From assembly GCA_963718235.1 (NCBI GenBank), contig CAVQYR010000001.1, positions 1,568,001-1,632,000 on the forward strand: a stretch of DNA of 64,000 nucleotides, written 5' to 3'. Positions 41,201-51,830 of the stretch are shown here, piece by piece. Positions within the stretch are counted from its first letter, which is position 1. The number at the start of each line of letters is the position of its first letter. Origin of the DNA: an uncultured Actinomycetota bacterium. Its GTDB lineage: Bacteria > Actinomycetota > Actinomycetes > JAHEKZ01. A program made the position numbers and the translations under genes. The notes under the pieces were generated by a model. That model was not told where the DNA came from. It saw only the letters and a program-made list of their open reading frames with translations, and made no database searches.

Positions 41201-41730
41201 CGGTGGCCGAGCTGATGGCCGACAACGAGCGCAGCGACGGGTCGGTGGTCACGATCGGTGGGCTCATCACCGGCATGCAGCGCAAGGTCACCAAGCAGGG
41301 CAACGCCTGGGCCGTGGCCACGGTCGAGGACCTCGAGGGTGCCATCGACGTCATGTTCTTCCCGTCCAGCTACCAGCTGGCCGCGACCTCACTCGTCGAG
41401 GACACGATCGTGCTCGTCCGTGGTCGGGTCGACCGGCGCGAGGACGCTCCGAAGCTGGTCGCCATGGAGCTCACGGTGCCCGACCTCGACTCCGGTGAGC
41501 AGCGTGGGCCGGTGGTGATCAACCTCGCGACGGCGCGCTGCGTCCCGCCGGTGGTCGACGGGCTGAAGGACGTGCTGGCGAGCCACCCCGGGGTCACCGA
41601 GGTCCACCTGCACCTGCAGTCGGCGGTTCGGACCACCGTGGTCAGGCTCGACGACCGGTTGCGCGTGTCGCCCACACCGGCCCTGTTCGGCGACCTGAAG
41701 GCGCTGCTCGGCCCGGGATCGGTCTCCTGA
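38215..41730 (+). CDS. dnaE: Replicative DNA polymerase III alpha
   Basis: HLHVHTEYSMLDG, TDHG, TNDLHY, PDIDVDF, KMDFLGL, YAFNKAH, clamp motif QFDLF; no intein. Confidence 0.97.
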   Translation: MADSFVHLHVHTEYSMLDGAARVGELMDAAVEQGMPAIAVTDHGYVMGAYDFYRKARDRGIKPIIGVEAYLTPGTSRFDRTRVRWAGGGEDDVSGGGAYTHMTMLAENTTGMHNLFRMASLASMEGFYFKPRMDRELLQTYAEGVIATTGCPSGEIQTLLRLGRFDEAVRAASDFRDIFGKDNFFCELMDHGLGIERRAHEGLLRLAKTLDLPLVATNDLHYTRPEDAEAHAALLCVQSGSTLADPTRFKFDADDFYLKSAAEMRSVWESVPDACDNTLLIAERCDVVFDESANLMPRFPVPNGESEESWFVKEVERGLQKRFKGSVPDEARKQAEYEVGVVLQMGFPSYFLVVADFINWAKEQGIRVGPGRGSAAGAIVAYALGITDLDPLKHGLLFERFLNPERVSMPDIDVDFDERRRGDVIRYVTEKYGEERVAQIVTYGTIKAKQAIKDSARVLGYPYAMGDRITKVMPPPIMGKDLALAGVFDEKNSRYAEAAEFRSLYDSDVDVKRVIDTARGLENLKRQWGVHAAGVIMSSEPLIDHVPVLRREQDGAIITQFDYPSCEALGLLKMDFLGLRNLTVIEDALANITSNRGDSIVLEDLGLDDRAAYELLSSGDTLGVFQLDGGPMRSLLRSMQPDNFEHISAVLALYRPGPMGANAHNDYADRKNKRKPVVPIHRELEAPLADILDDTYGVIVYQEQVMAIAQRVAGYSLGQADLLRRAMGKKKKEILDKEFVPFSEGMRANGYSEIAIKTLWDILVPFADYAFNKAHTAGYGLVSYWTAFLKANYPAEYMAALLTSVRDDKDKSALYLHECRRMGIKVLPPDVNESDADYTPRGSDIRFGLAAIRNVGESVVAGIVRARRAEGRFTDFPDFLSKVDAAVCNKRVIESLIKAGAFDSLGHTRRGLVAVHAEAVDAVLETKRAEAIGQFDLFGSSDDDEAAAFGVELQIPVTEWDKAALLSHERDMLGLYVSDHPLFGVEHVLAAAVDCSVAELMADNERSDGSVVTIGGLITGMQRKVTKQGNAWAVATVEDLEGAIDVMFFPSSYQLAATSLVEDTIVLVRGRVDRREDAPKLVAMELTVPDLDSGEQRGPVVINLATARCVPPVVDGLKDVLASHPGVTEVHLHLQSAVRTTVVRLDDRLRVSPTPALFGDLKALLGPGSVS

Positions 41731-41829
41731 CCGACGGCGTTCCAGTTCGTCCCACCGGACGCCGATACCGACAGCACCGGCACACCCGGACGATGGATGC
41801 TGCCTGCCGCCGCCCCATGGGAGAGACCG

Positions 41830-43365
41830 ATGAGCGACTCGTTCGACGCCTCGACGTACGCCTCGCAGCACGTGCTGCCGGGCGGCGAGCCGGAGGTGCT
41901 CGGTCACGGCGACCAGGCTTCGGGGCCACGGCGCGGCCGCCGGCTGGCCGTGGTCGGCGGGGCGCTGGCCGTGGCCACCCTCACCGGCGCGGGGATCGCG
42001 GTCGGGATGGCCCTGTCCGGGGGTGGTGGCCAGCCGGAGGACGTCGTCCCGGCCGGTGCGGTGTTCTACGCCGATGTCGACCTCGACCCCTCGGCCGCGC
42101 AGAAGGTCAACGCGGTCCGCTTCCTGCGCAGCTTCCCCGCCGTGGAGGACGCGATCGGTTCGGGGGAGGACCTGCGGGCCAGCGTGGTCGACGCCCTGTT
42201 CGACTCTCTGTCCGAAGCGAGCGACATCGACGCCGCCACGCAGATCGACCCGTGGCTGGGGTCCCGGTACGCCGTGGCCGTGCTCGACGTCGACGGAGAG
42301 CCGGAGCCGATGGTCGTGCTGCAGACCACCGACACCGCCGAGGCCGAGGCGGCGCTGCCCGGGCTGCTCGACGGGTCGGCCGGGTTCACCGTGGTCGACG
42401 ACTACGTCGTGATCGCCCAGTCGCAGCAGACGGCCGAGCAGCTTGCTTCCTCCGGGGCCCAGGCCCCGCTGTCGGAGGACGCGTCCTTCACTGACGCCAT
42501 GGGCTCGCTGGGTGACGGAGTGGCGACGGTCTACCTGGACCAGGGTGGTGCGGGCGACCTGCTCCGAAGCGGGCTCGGTCGGCTGGGCGGGGTCCCGGGC
42601 CTGGGGACGTTCGGCTCCAGCGCCACCGGCCTGGTCGACGGGACGCTCGGCGCGGTGGTCCGCTTCGAGCCCGACGCGCTGGAGGTCGTAGCCAGTGCCG
42701 ACACCGCCCTCGACGCCCCCTCCGAAGCGGTCGAGTCGCTCGTGGCGACGCTGCCGGAGACCACCGTTGCCGCGCTGGGCGTGGCAGGAGCCGCGGACAG
42801 CGTCGACGAGCAGTGGCGGGCGCTGTCTGAGGCGCTGGACTCGGTCGGCGGCGCGGACGTCGCCAAGACCGCGCGGCAGCGGTTCGGACTGCGGCTGCCT
42901 GAGGACATCAAGACGTTGCTCGGTGACGACGTGGTCGTCGCCGTCGACACCCAGAGCCCGGACCAGGTGCTCCCGGGTCTCGGGGTGCGAAGCCTCGGTG
43001 ACCCTGCGGCGGCCGCGGACCTCGTCGTGCGGCTGCAGCCGCTGCTGGACCAGGCGGCGGCCGGGCTGGGTGTCGTCGCCACCGCGACCGACGACGGACT
43101 CGTGGTGGCCACGACCCCGGAGTACGCCGACCGGCTCGCCGCGGGACAGGGGGGACTCGGAGCGAGCGCGGTGTTCACCCGCGCGGTCCCCGACGCGTCA
43201 TCGGCTCAGGTGGTCCTCTTCGTGAACCTCGATGCGGGCGCTGGCGCGTTGGCCCCGCTGGACCCGTCGACGGCTGACGTCCTCGGCCCGCTGGAGGCGG
43301 TCGGACTCAGCGCGTCGACCGTCGACGGCAGGTCCACCGCCCTGCTGCGAGTCACCCTCGACTGA
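41830..43365 (+). CDS. DUF3352-like membrane-anchored protein
   Basis: N-terminal TM, then GGGQPEDVVPA..YADVDLDPSAAQKV, DPWLG, LPEDIKTLLG. Confidence 0.65.
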   Translation: MSDSFDASTYASQHVLPGGEPEVLGHGDQASGPRRGRRLAVVGGALAVATLTGAGIAVGMALSGGGGQPEDVVPAGAVFYADVDLDPSAAQKVNAVRFLRSFPAVEDAIGSGEDLRASVVDALFDSLSEASDIDAATQIDPWLGSRYAVAVLDVDGEPEPMVVLQTTDTAEAEAALPGLLDGSAGFTVVDDYVVIAQSQQTAEQLASSGAQAPLSEDASFTDAMGSLGDGVATVYLDQGGAGDLLRSGLGRLGGVPGLGTFGSSATGLVDGTLGAVVRFEPDALEVVASADTALDAPSEAVESLVATLPETTVAALGVAGAADSVDEQWRALSEALDSVGGADVAKTARQRFGLRLPEDIKTLLGDDVVVAVDTQSPDQVLPGLGVRSLGDPAAAADLVVRLQPLLDQAAAGLGVVATATDDGLVVATTPEYADRLAAGQGGLGASAVFTRAVPDASSAQVVLFVNLDAGAGALAPLDPSTADVLGPLEAVGLSASTVDGRSTALLRVTLD

Positions 43366-43384
43366 GGCGCCCTACCCTGGTCCG

Positions 43385-43939
43385 GTGACCACGGCGACCA
43401 GCGACTCCGACTCGCCTCCGGCGGCGACCCATCGACGAGCGGGTCCGTGGCCAAGCGGACTCGGCTCGCTCGGGCTCGCCACCGTGCTGGGGGTTCCCTG
43501 GGGGATCGCCTGGTACCTGCTGGCGCCTCGAATCACCTTCGAGGTGCGCGACAACGGCGTGTTCGCCAGCGAGGACGCGCCGACCGACTGGTTCGGCGTC
43601 GACGGCTGGTTCATCGTGGTCGGCCTCGTGCTGGGGGTCGTCGCCGGTCTCGTGGCGTACTGGCGTTGGCGCCAGCACCCCGTGTCAGCTTTGCTCGGGC
43701 TGGCGGTTGGCGGCCTGCTGGCCGGCTGGCTGGGGCTGCAGATCGGGCGCCTGCTCGGTCCGGCCGCGATCGGCGCCGACGCCCTTGACTCACCGGACGG
43801 CACGCTCATCCCCGCCCCGCTGGACGTCCTGGCCACCGGTTCACTGCTCACCCTGGGGTTCGCCGCCGTGCTGGCCTTCGGGCTGATGGTGGCGCTGGAG
43901 CGGACGGAGCCGGAGACCGGCGAACCCGGAGCCGAGTGA
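43385..43939 (+). CDS. DUF2567-like membrane protein
   Basis: G-x-x-W-x-x-LAPR, FGVDGWF, 4 TM segments; TACCCT -10-like hexamer 6 nt before the GTG. Confidence 0.65.
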   Translation: MTTATSDSDSPPAATHRRAGPWPSGLGSLGLATVLGVPWGIAWYLLAPRITFEVRDNGVFASEDAPTDWFGVDGWFIVVGLVLGVVAGLVAYWRWRQHPVSALLGLAVGGLLAGWLGLQIGRLLGPAAIGADALDSPDGTLIPAPLDVLATGSLLTLGFAAVLAFGLMVALERTEPETGEPGAE

Positions 43940-43941
43940 CG

Positions 43942-44439
43942 TCAGCGGGCAATGGCCGCGGTCGTGGCCGCGGTGACCTCGACCAGGTCACGGGGGGCGA
44001 GCTCCACCTGCAGACCGCGTCGTCCGGCTGACACGAAGAGGGTGTCCCAACCCAGGGCGCTCTCGTCGACGACGGTGGGCAGCGCTTTGCGCTGCCCGAT
44101 CGGACTGATCCCACCAGTGACATAGCCGGTGGTTCGCTGAGCGTGCTGCTGGTCGGCCAGGGTCAGTCGCTTGGCCCCGAGGGCATGCGCCGCCGCCTTG
44201 AGGTCGAGCTGCCGGGCCACCGGAACGACCGCGACGGCAAGCCCGTGGTCGCCGTCGACGACGAGGGTCTTGAAGATGCGCATCGGGTCGACCCCGAGCG
44301 CAGTGGCTGCTTCGTCGCCGTAGCTCGTCGCCGAGTCGTGATGCGCGTAGGGATGCAGGACGTAGTCGACACCCTCGAGATCCAGGACCGTCACCGCGGG
44401 GGTGGCTGACGACGCGTGCCCCCTGCGCTGCTTGCCCAT
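43942..44439 (-). CDS. ybaK: Cys-tRNA(Pro) deacylase YbaK
   Basis: TPA, IFKTLV, LDLK, TGYVTGGISPIGQ, SAGRRG. Confidence 0.92.
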   Translation of the reverse strand: MGKQRRGHASSATPAVTVLDLEGVDYVLHPYAHHDSATSYGDEAATALGVDPMRIFKTLVVDGDHGLAVAVVPVARQLDLKAAAHALGAKRLTLADQQHAQRTTGYVTGGISPIGQRKALPTVVDESALGWDTLFVSAGRRGLQVELAPRDLVEVTAATTAAIAR

Positions 44440-44478
44440 GCTGATCAGGGTAGGGCGGACCAGGCCGGTGCGGTGCTG

Positions 44479-45190
44479 CTAGTTCAGCCCGATCGGCACG
44501 TGCGCGGCGTCGACGTCGGGCACCGACGGCAGGGCCTGCCACAGGGCGAGCTCCCGGCGCAGCAGGGCACGCTCCATCCGCAGCCGTGATGCGTCGTCGG
44601 AGGCCTCGAGCAGCGACTGCTGGTCGGCCAGGCTGAGCACGGTGCTCGCCGCGACCTGGTAGGAGAGCCCGTTGGGGTCGTCCGCGGCCCGCCCCTGTGC
44701 CCCCGTCCCGGGCTCGTCGCTCTCCTCACGCGCGGCGTCACGCAGCCCCAGCGTCCGGCGGTACTGCTCGAACAGGGCCACGACGGAGTGCGCCAGAGCA
44801 TCGACGTCGTCCCCGGGGGCTTCCTCGATCCACTGGACGTCGCGCCTGCAGGTACGGCGAGGTCGTGGTGTCCAGGCGCAGGGGGCGAAACCGGTTGCTT
44901 CCCTCGACGACGACGTCGAAGCGGCCGTCCTCGTGCCGCTGCACGTGGCGCAGCGCGCCGAACGTGCCGACGGAGTGCAGGGCGCGGACCCCGTCGACCC
45001 CGGTCTCGCGCCCGACCCGGATGGCCACGACGCCGAACCCCACCGGCAGATCCCCCGAAGGGTTCTCGGCGCGGGTGAGGAGGTCGTCGACCAGCGTGCG
45101 GTACCGAGGCTCGAAGATGTGCAAGGGCAGCAGCGCTCCCGGCACCAGGACCAGGCTGAGCGGGAACAACGCGATCTGTCCGGTGCGCAT
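44479..45190 (-). CDS. LON peptidase substrate-binding (N-terminal) domain protein, frameshift near 44845
   Basis: LFPL..VLVPGALLPLHIFEPRY; the C-terminal half (LSYQVA...QQSLLEA...RL...PIGLN) is in another frame. Confidence 0.82.
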
Positions 45191-45282
45191 GAGGCGACGG
45201 TAGTGGCGGTGCGACGCCAGCACACCTCGACCCGGGCGCAGGGGTAGGGCTCAGGGGTAGTGCGCAGTGGTAGGAAGGCGCC

Positions 45283-45672
45283 ATGCCGCCCGCCGCAGAC
45301 TCTCTCCTGGGGGCGCAGACCGAGGTGCGCATCCGGACCTCGGACGCGGCCCCGCCCTACGAGCAGGTGCGGGCGCAGCTTGCCGACGCCGTCTCGGACG
45401 GTTCGTTGGCCCCCGGCACCAGGTTGCCCACTGTCCGGGCCCTGGCGGCCGACCTGAGGTTGGCCGTCAACACCGTCGCCCGCGCGTACAAGGAGCTCGA
45501 GCAAGGGGGCTTCGTGGTCACCCGCGGGAGACGAGGGACGTTCGTCGCGACGCGGGAACCTCGCGCCCACGAGCAGGCGGTGCGTGCCTCGCGGGACTAC
45601 GCGGCCCAGATGAGGTCGCTGGGCATCGACCCGGGGGAGGCGCTGCGGCTGGCCCGCGAGGCTCTTTCCTAG
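45283..45672 (+). CDS. Small GntR family regulator (YtrA-like)
   Basis: PPYEQVR, RLPTVRALA, NTVARAYKELE..G, GRRGTFV; 129 aa. Confidence 0.9.
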   Translation: MPPAADSLLGAQTEVRIRTSDAAPPYEQVRAQLADAVSDGSLAPGTRLPTVRALAADLRLAVNTVARAYKELEQGGFVVTRGRRGTFVATREPRAHEQAVRASRDYAAQMRSLGIDPGEALRLAREALS

Positions 45673-45681
45673 ACTCGACCG

Positions 45682-46986
45682 GTGATCTCCCGAATTGACC
45701 TGCGTGGCGATGCCCGCTTCGTCACCGATCCCCGCCAGGTGCTGCCCAGGGCTGCCCTTGACGTCGAGGCGGCGGTGGAGATGGTCCGACCGATCTGCGA
45801 AGACGTGCGCCGCCGCGGCAGCGACGCCGTCCGCGAGCTGACCGCCCGGTTCGACGGGGTCGACCTGACGTCGACCCGGGTCCCCGTCTCGTCCCTCGAA
45901 CAGGCCCTGGCCGAGCTCGACCCGGCCGTCCGGGCCGCCCTCGAGGAGGCGGTCCGGCGCGCCCGGGTCGTCCACGAAGCCCAGAGCCGGGACGACGTCA
46001 CCGTCGAGGTGGTCCCCGGCGGCACGGTGACCGAACGCTGGATCCCGGTGCGGCGGGTGGGCCTGTACGTGCCCGGGGGTCTCGTGGCCTACCCGAGCAG
46101 TGTGGTCATGAACGTCGTCCCCGCCCAGGTGGCCGGGGTCTCCTCACTGGCGATCGCCTCACCGCCACAGCGCGACTTCGCCGGTCTGCCGCACCCTTCG
46201 GTGATGGCCGCCTGTGCGCTCCTCGGGGTGGACGAGGTGTACGCGGTCGGTGGGGCGCAGGCGGTGGCGATGTTCGCCTACGGCACCGACGAGTGCCCTC
46301 GGGTCGACCTGGTGACCGGGCCGGGCAACGTGTACGTCGCCGCGGCCAAGCGGCTGCTCAAGGGAGTCATCGGGATCGACTCCGAGGCGGGGCCGACCGA
46401 GATCGGGATCCTGGCCGACGACACCGCAGTGCCGTCTTCGGTGGCGGCCGACCTGATCGCCCAGGCTGAGCACGACGCCAACGCCTCGTGCCTGCTCGTC
46501 AGCGACAGCGAGCGCCTGCTCGACGCCGTCGACGCCGAGCTCGACCGCCTGATCCCGCTGACCAAGCACCGGGAGCGGGTCGAGAGCGCCCTGGCGAAGC
46601 AGAGCGCGTTCGCCCTGGTCGACGACATCGACCAAGGGATCGAGGTGGTCGACGAGTGGGCGGCCGAGCACCTCGAGGTGATCACTCGTGACGCGCGGGC
46701 GCACGCCGACCGGGTGCACAACGCCGGAGCGATCTTCGTCGGCCCGTTCGCCCCGGTCTCACTCGGCGACTACCTCGCCGGGTCGAACCACGTGCTGCCC
46801 ACGGGGGGAACCGCGCGTCACAGCGGCGGCCTGTCGGTGCAGTCCTTCCTGCGTGGGGTCCACGTCGTGGAGTACGACCGGTCGGCGCTGGCCGGGTCCG
46901 CTGCGCACATCGATGCGCTCGGTGGCGCCGAGGACCTCGCCGCGCACGTTGCGGCGGTGCGCTCCCGCGTGCCGGCGGACGGGTGA
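45682..46986 (+). CDS. hisD: Histidinol dehydrogenase
   Basis: [46 protein letters not shown]. Confidence 0.96.
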   Translation: MISRIDLRGDARFVTDPRQVLPRAALDVEAAVEMVRPICEDVRRRGSDAVRELTARFDGVDLTSTRVPVSSLEQALAELDPAVRAALEEAVRRARVVHEAQSRDDVTVEVVPGGTVTERWIPVRRVGLYVPGGLVAYPSSVVMNVVPAQVAGVSSLAIASPPQRDFAGLPHPSVMAACALLGVDEVYAVGGAQAVAMFAYGTDECPRVDLVTGPGNVYVAAAKRLLKGVIGIDSEAGPTEIGILADDTAVPSSVAADLIAQAEHDANASCLLVSDSERLLDAVDAELDRLIPLTKHRERVESALAKQSAFALVDDIDQGIEVVDEWAAEHLEVITRDARAHADRVHNAGAIFVGPFAPVSLGDYLAGSNHVLPTGGTARHSGGLSVQSFLRGVHVVEYDRSALAGSAAHIDALGGAEDLAAHVAAVRSRVPADG

Positions 46987-46993
46987 GGACCCA

Positions 46994-48094
46994 GTGAAGG
47001 ACGGCGACGAGCTGCCGCTGCGCGACGACCTGCGCGGTCGAACTCCCTACGGCGCACCGCAGCTCGACGTCCCCGTTCGGCTGAACGTCAACGAGAACCC
47101 GTTCCCCCCGTCAGCGACGGTCGCCGCCGCGATCGGTGAGGCGGCGGCCCAGGTGGCGACCGGGCTCAACCGCTACCCCGACCGCGACGCGACCGAGCTG
47201 CGGGCTGCCCTGGCGGCCTACCTCGGTCACGGCCTGACGGCCGACCGGGTCTGGGCGGCCAACGGCAGCAACGAGGTGATGCTCCAGCTGCTCCAGGCGT
47301 TCGGCGGGCCCGGCCGGGTCGCCCTGGGGTTCTCGCCGACCTACTCGATGTACCCCGACTACTGCCGAGACACGTTCACCGAGTACGTCACGGTCCCCAG
47401 GTCGGACACGTTCGAGGTGGAGACCGCGGTCGCAGTCGAAGCGATCGAGCGGTACCGGCCGTCCGTGGTGCTCCTGGCGTCACCGAACAACCCGACCGGC
47501 ACCGCACTGGACCTCGACCCGGTCGCTGCCGTGTGTGCGGTGACAAGCGGAGTGGTCGTGGTCGACGAGGCGTACGCGGAGTTCCGGCGTCCGCAGACGC
47601 CGAGCGCGTTGACCCTGCTGGACCGGTTCCCCCGGCTGGTGGTCACCCGGACGATGAGCAAGGCGTTCGCTCTCGCCGGCGCCCGGGTGGGCTACCTGGC
47701 CGCGTCGGCGCAGATCGTCGACGCCGTCCAGCTGGTGCGCCTGCCGTACCACCTGTCGGCGGTGACCCAAGCCGTCGCGCTCGCCGCCCTCCAGCACTCC
47801 GACGACCTGCTGGCCAGGGTCGGCGAGCTGCGCGACGAACGGGACTCGCTCGTGGACTGGTTGCGGGCGAGCGGGTTCGTCGTCGCGGAGTCCGACGCGA
47901 ACTTCGTGCTCTTCGGCCGGTTCGCCGACCGTCATGCCGTCTGGCAGTCGCTGCTCGAGCAAGGAGTGCTGGTGCGCGAGACGGGCCCCGATGGTTGGCT
48001 TCGGGTGAGTGTCGGCACCCCGGCTGAGAACCAGGCCTTTCGCCGCGCACTGACGATCGCGGTCGCCACCGCGGGTGAGGAGATCCCGGCGTGA
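46994..48094 (+). CDS. hisC: Histidinol-phosphate aminotransferase
   Basis: [40 protein letters not shown]. Confidence 0.95.
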   Translation: MKDGDELPLRDDLRGRTPYGAPQLDVPVRLNVNENPFPPSATVAAAIGEAAAQVATGLNRYPDRDATELRAALAAYLGHGLTADRVWAANGSNEVMLQLLQAFGGPGRVALGFSPTYSMYPDYCRDTFTEYVTVPRSDTFEVETAVAVEAIERYRPSVVLLASPNNPTGTALDLDPVAAVCAVTSGVVVVDEAYAEFRRPQTPSALTLLDRFPRLVVTRTMSKAFALAGARVGYLAASAQIVDAVQLVRLPYHLSAVTQAVALAALQHSDDLLARVGELRDERDSLVDWLRASGFVVAESDANFVLFGRFADRHAVWQSLLEQGVLVRETGPDGWLRVSVGTPAENQAFRRALTIAVATAGEEIPA

Positions 48095-48684
48095 GCCGTA
48101 CCGCGCGTGTCGAGCGCACCACCAAGGAGTCACAGGTGCTCGTCGAGGTGGACCTCGACGGGCAGGGGGTGACGCAGGTCGACACCGGTGTCCCGTTCTT
48201 CGACCACATGCTCGCCCAGCTGGGCAAGCACGGCGGGATCGACCTGACCGTGCACACGCGCGGTGACCTCGAGGTCGACGCGCACCACACGGTGGAGGAC
48301 ACCTCTTTGTCGCTCGGGCAGGCCCTGCGTGAGGCCCTGGGTGACAAGGCCGGCGTGCGCCGCTTCGGCCACGCTGTCGTGCCCCTCGACGAGACCCGGG
48401 TGCTGGCCGCGGTCGACCTGTCGGGTCGCCCCTACCTGGTGCACAGCGAGCCCGAGGTGGTCGAGCTGATCGGCACCTACGACACCTCGCTCACCCGCCA
48501 CATCTGGGAGTCCGTCGTCGCCGAGGCTCGGTTCACGCTGCACGTCGAGGTGCAGACGGGGCGCAACGCCCACCATGTGGTGGAGGCCCAGTTCAAGGCG
48601 GTGGCCCGCGCACTGCGCGACGCCGTGTCGATCGACCCCCGCGTCGTCGGCGTCCCGTCGACCAAAGGCACGTTGGGGTCGTGA
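48091..48684 (+). CDS. hisB: Imidazoleglycerol-phosphate dehydratase
   Basis: [30 protein letters not shown]. Confidence 0.96.
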   Translation: MSRTARVERTTKESQVLVEVDLDGQGVTQVDTGVPFFDHMLAQLGKHGGIDLTVHTRGDLEVDAHHTVEDTSLSLGQALREALGDKAGVRRFGHAVVPLDETRVLAAVDLSGRPYLVHSEPEVVELIGTYDTSLTRHIWESVVAEARFTLHVEVQTGRNAHHVVEAQFKAVARALRDAVSIDPRVVGVPSTKGTLGS

Positions 48685-48848
48685 CGTCGTTCGCCCCTCT
48701 GGCGTTCCTGGCCATGGCTGGCTTCCTGCTGGGCGGGGCCTGGTCGGTCCGCAGCCAGCACAAGCCCCTGCTGTTGCAGGTCGCGCTCGCGCTCGTAGGC
48801 GTCGGCTGCCTGGTCCTCGGACTGGGTTACCTGCGGGGTGAGCCGTGA
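48681..48848 (+). CDS. 55-aa two-TM membrane protein (not in the ORF track)
   Basis: [55 protein letters not shown]; GTGA overlap with the hisB stop. Confidence 0.75.
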   Translation: MTSFAPLAFLAMAGFLLGGAWSVRSQHKPLLLQVALALVGVGCLVLGLGYLRGEP

Positions 48849-48876
48849 CCCGAGCCAACGCCGCTGTGAGGCCGCG

Positions 48877-49512
48877 ATGACCACACCCAGGGTCGTCGTG
48901 CTGGACTACGGGTCGGGCAACCTCCGCTCCGCCCAGCGAGCCCTTGAACGTGCCGGGGCACAGGTCGAGATCACCGCCGACCGGGGGGCGGTGCTGTCCG
49001 CCGACGGGCTCGTCGTCCCCGGGGTCGGTGCCTTCGCCGCGTGCATGACGGGGCTACGACACGTGCGCGCCGCGGAGCTGGTGGGACGTCGCCTCGCGGG
49101 GGCCCGTGCGGTCCTCGGGATCTGCGTGGGGATGCAGGTGATGTTCGAGACCGGTGTCGAGCACGACATGTCCACGGCCGGTTTCGGTGAGTGGCCGGGC
49201 ACCGTCGAGCGGCTGCACGCCGACGTGCTGCCGCACATGGGCTGGAACACCGTCGCACCGCCCCCGGGGTCTGTGCTCTTCGACGGGGTCGGCGACCAGC
49301 GGTTCTACTTCGTGCACTCCTACGCGGTCCGTCGTTGGGACTTCGTCCAGGACAGCCCCTGGATGGCGCCGCCGACGGTGACCTGGGCCGAGCACGGCGA
49401 GCCTTTCGTGGCCGCCGTCGAGAACGGGCCGCTGGCGGCGGTCCAGTTCCACCCCGAGAAGTCCGGCGCAGCGGGGCTGTCCCTGCTGACCAACTGGGTC
49501 GCGACCCTCTAG
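48877..49512 (+). CDS. hisH: Imidazole glycerol phosphate synthase, glutaminase subunit
   Basis: DYGSGN, PGVGAF, GICVGMQ, PHMGWN, YFVHSY, QFHPEKS. Confidence 0.96.
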   Translation: MTTPRVVVLDYGSGNLRSAQRALERAGAQVEITADRGAVLSADGLVVPGVGAFAACMTGLRHVRAAELVGRRLAGARAVLGICVGMQVMFETGVEHDMSTAGFGEWPGTVERLHADVLPHMGWNTVAPPPGSVLFDGVGDQRFYFVHSYAVRRWDFVQDSPWMAPPTVTWAEHGEPFVAAVENGPLAAVQFHPEKSGAAGLSLLTNWVATL

Positions 49513-49524
49513 CCTGCACTCACC

Positions 49525-49842
49525 ATGAGCCAACAACGCCGCCGCAAGCGCGCCCAGGAGCGCACGTACGGCCACCAGCCCAAGTCGCGCCCGGCCTCCG
49601 ACCCGGGGGCCGCGCCGTCCACCGGGCCCAGGAAGCCGAGCAAGCCGCCCGTGTCGGCCAAGAAGCGCCGGCACCGTCGGGTGCTCGTCATCCTGATCGC
49701 GGTCGCGGTGGCCGCGAACCTCCTCACCTGGCTGCTGTTCGACGCCTGGAACATCCGTTGGACTGTGCTGACGTTGTCGGTGATCTCGGTCCCCGTCGCC
49801 TACTTCCTGCTGGTCAACCCGGAGAAGGACACCGGCCTGTGA
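49525..49842 (+). CDS. Hypothetical protein with a basic N-terminus and two TM helices
   Basis: 105-aa ORF filling the hisH-priA gap. Confidence 0.65.
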   Translation: MSQQRRRKRAQERTYGHQPKSRPASDPGAAPSTGPRKPSKPPVSAKKRRHRRVLVILIAVAVAANLLTWLLFDAWNIRWTVLTLSVISVPVAYFLLVNPEKDTGL

Positions 49843-49860
49843 CCCCCTAGGGTCGAGCGC

Positions 49861-50600
49861 ATGGACGCCCGCCCGCTCCAGCTGCTGCCGGCTGTCGACG
49901 TCGCTGACGGCCAGGCAGTCCGCCTCGTGCAGGGCGCTGCCGGAACCGAGACCGCCTACGGAGACCCGTTGTCCGCCGCGTTGGCCTGGCAGCGCGACGG
50001 CGCCGAGTGGATCCACCTGGTCGACCTCGACGCCGCGTTCGGCAGGGGGTCCAACCGTGAGCTGCTCGCCGGCGTGGTCGCTGCGCTCGAAGTCCAGGTC
50101 GAGCTGTCCGGAGGCATCCGCGACGACGCCTCCTTGCGCGCAGCGCTGTCGTCCGGCGCGACGCGGGTGAACCTGGGAACGGCAGCCCTGGAGAACCCGG
50201 AGTGGACCGCGCGCGCGATCGGCGAGTTCGGCGACCGGATCGCCGTGGGGCTCGACGTCCGAGGGACGACGCTGGCCGCCCGTGGCTGGACCCGCGACGG
50301 TGGCGACCTCTGGTCGACCCTGGCCCGGCTCGACGCGGACGGCTGCTCCCGCTACGTCGTCACCGACGTCACGAAGGACGGCACCCTGCAGGGTCCCAAC
50401 CTGCAGCTGCTGCGCGAGGTCTGCGCCGCCACCGACCGCCCGGTCGTGGCCAGCGGGGGTATCTCGACCCTCGACGACGTCCGGGCGCTGGCCGGGCTGG
50501 TCGTCTGAGGGTGGAGGGTGCCATCGTCGGCAAGGCGTTGTACGCCGGCGCGTTCACGCTGCCGGAGGCGCTGGTCGCGGCCGGTGGGAGCGGGGCCTGA
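49861..50600 (+). CDS. priA: PriA/HisA phosphoribosyl isomerase, frameshift near 50505
   Basis: [37 protein letters not shown]; C-terminus [11 protein letters not shown] is in another frame. Confidence 0.9.
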
Positions 50601-50602
50601 CG

Positions 50603-51011
50603 ATGGTCGAGCGGTGGCCTAGCGGTGGTCCGTGGGAGGACGTCGTCGGGTACAGCCGGGTGGTGCGGGCCGGCAACCGATGGGTGACGGCCGGCTGCAC
50701 CGCGACCGTCGAGGGAGTGGTGCAGAGCCCAGGTGAGCCTCATGGGCAGGCGCGCGTCGCTTTCGGGATCGCCCTGGACGCCCTGGCCGACGCCGGGGTC
50801 GCGACCGCCGACGTCGTCCGCACCCGCATGTACATCGTCGACCGTGCGGACGCCGAGCGCCGTCGGGCGGGCGCACGCGGAGCTCTTCGGTGCCGTGCGC
50901 CCGGCGTCCACCCTGGTGGTCGTGGCCGGGCTGATCGACCCGGCGATGCTCGTCGAGGTCGAGGTGGAGGCCTACCGACCGAGCACCAGCGCCGACAACG
51001 CCGACTCCTAG
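50603..51011 (+). CDS. RidA/YjgF family protein, frameshift near 50860
   Basis: SGGPWEDVVGYSR, DVVRTRMY, then VGRAHAELFG.VRPAST...LVEVEVEA in another frame. Confidence 0.85.
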
Positions 51012-51020
51012 GCTGGGCCC

Positions 51021-51799
51021 ATGTCGGTGGCCGTCCGGGTGATCCCGTGTCTGGACGTCGAGCAGGACGCGTCGTCAAGGGCGTCAACTTCGAGAACCTC
51101 CGTGACGCAGGTGACCCGGTCGAGCTGGCCCGCCCGGTACGACGCCGAGGGCGCCGACGAGCTGACGTTCCTCGACATCACCGCGAGCAGCGGCGACCGG
51201 GAGACGACCTACGACGTCGTCCGCCGGACCGCCGAGCAGGTGTTCATCCCCCTGACAGTCGGCGGTGGGGTGCGCGCGCGTGGACGACGTCGACCTGCTT
51301 GCTGCGGGCGGGCGCGGACAAGGTCGGGGTCAACACCGCCGCGATCGCGCGCCCGGAGCTGATCGCCGAGATCGCGCGATCGCTTCGGGTCGCAGGTGCT
51401 CGTGCTGAGCGTCGACGCTCGCCGCGTGACCGCGGGCGTGGGGACGTCCTCGGGCTTCGAGGTGACCACGCACGGCGGTCGTCGAGGAACCGGGGTCGAT
51501 GCCGTCGGCGTGGGTGCGCGAGGCGCAGGACCTCGGCGCCGGCGAGATCCTGCTGAACTCGATGGACGCCGACGGCACGAAGGACGGCTACGACCTGCGA
51601 GTGATCGAGGCGGTGCGGCCGGTCACGTCACGTCCCGCTGATCGCCAGCGGCGGCGCCGGCGTCCTGGACGCACTTCGCGCCGGCCGTGCGCGGCCGGGG
51701 CCGACGCGGTGCTCGCGGCGAGCGTGTTCCACTTCGGCCAGCTCACCATCGCGCGAGGTGAAGGACGCGCTGCGGGGGGAGGGGTTCACCGTGCGCTGA
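51021..51799 (+). CDS. hisF: Imidazole glycerol phosphate synthase, cyclase subunit (multiple frameshifts)
   Basis: [59 protein letters not shown] scattered over three frames. Confidence 0.9.
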
Positions 51800-51830
51800 C
51801 GGCGGCCGCCACGCCTCACACGCCCACCGC

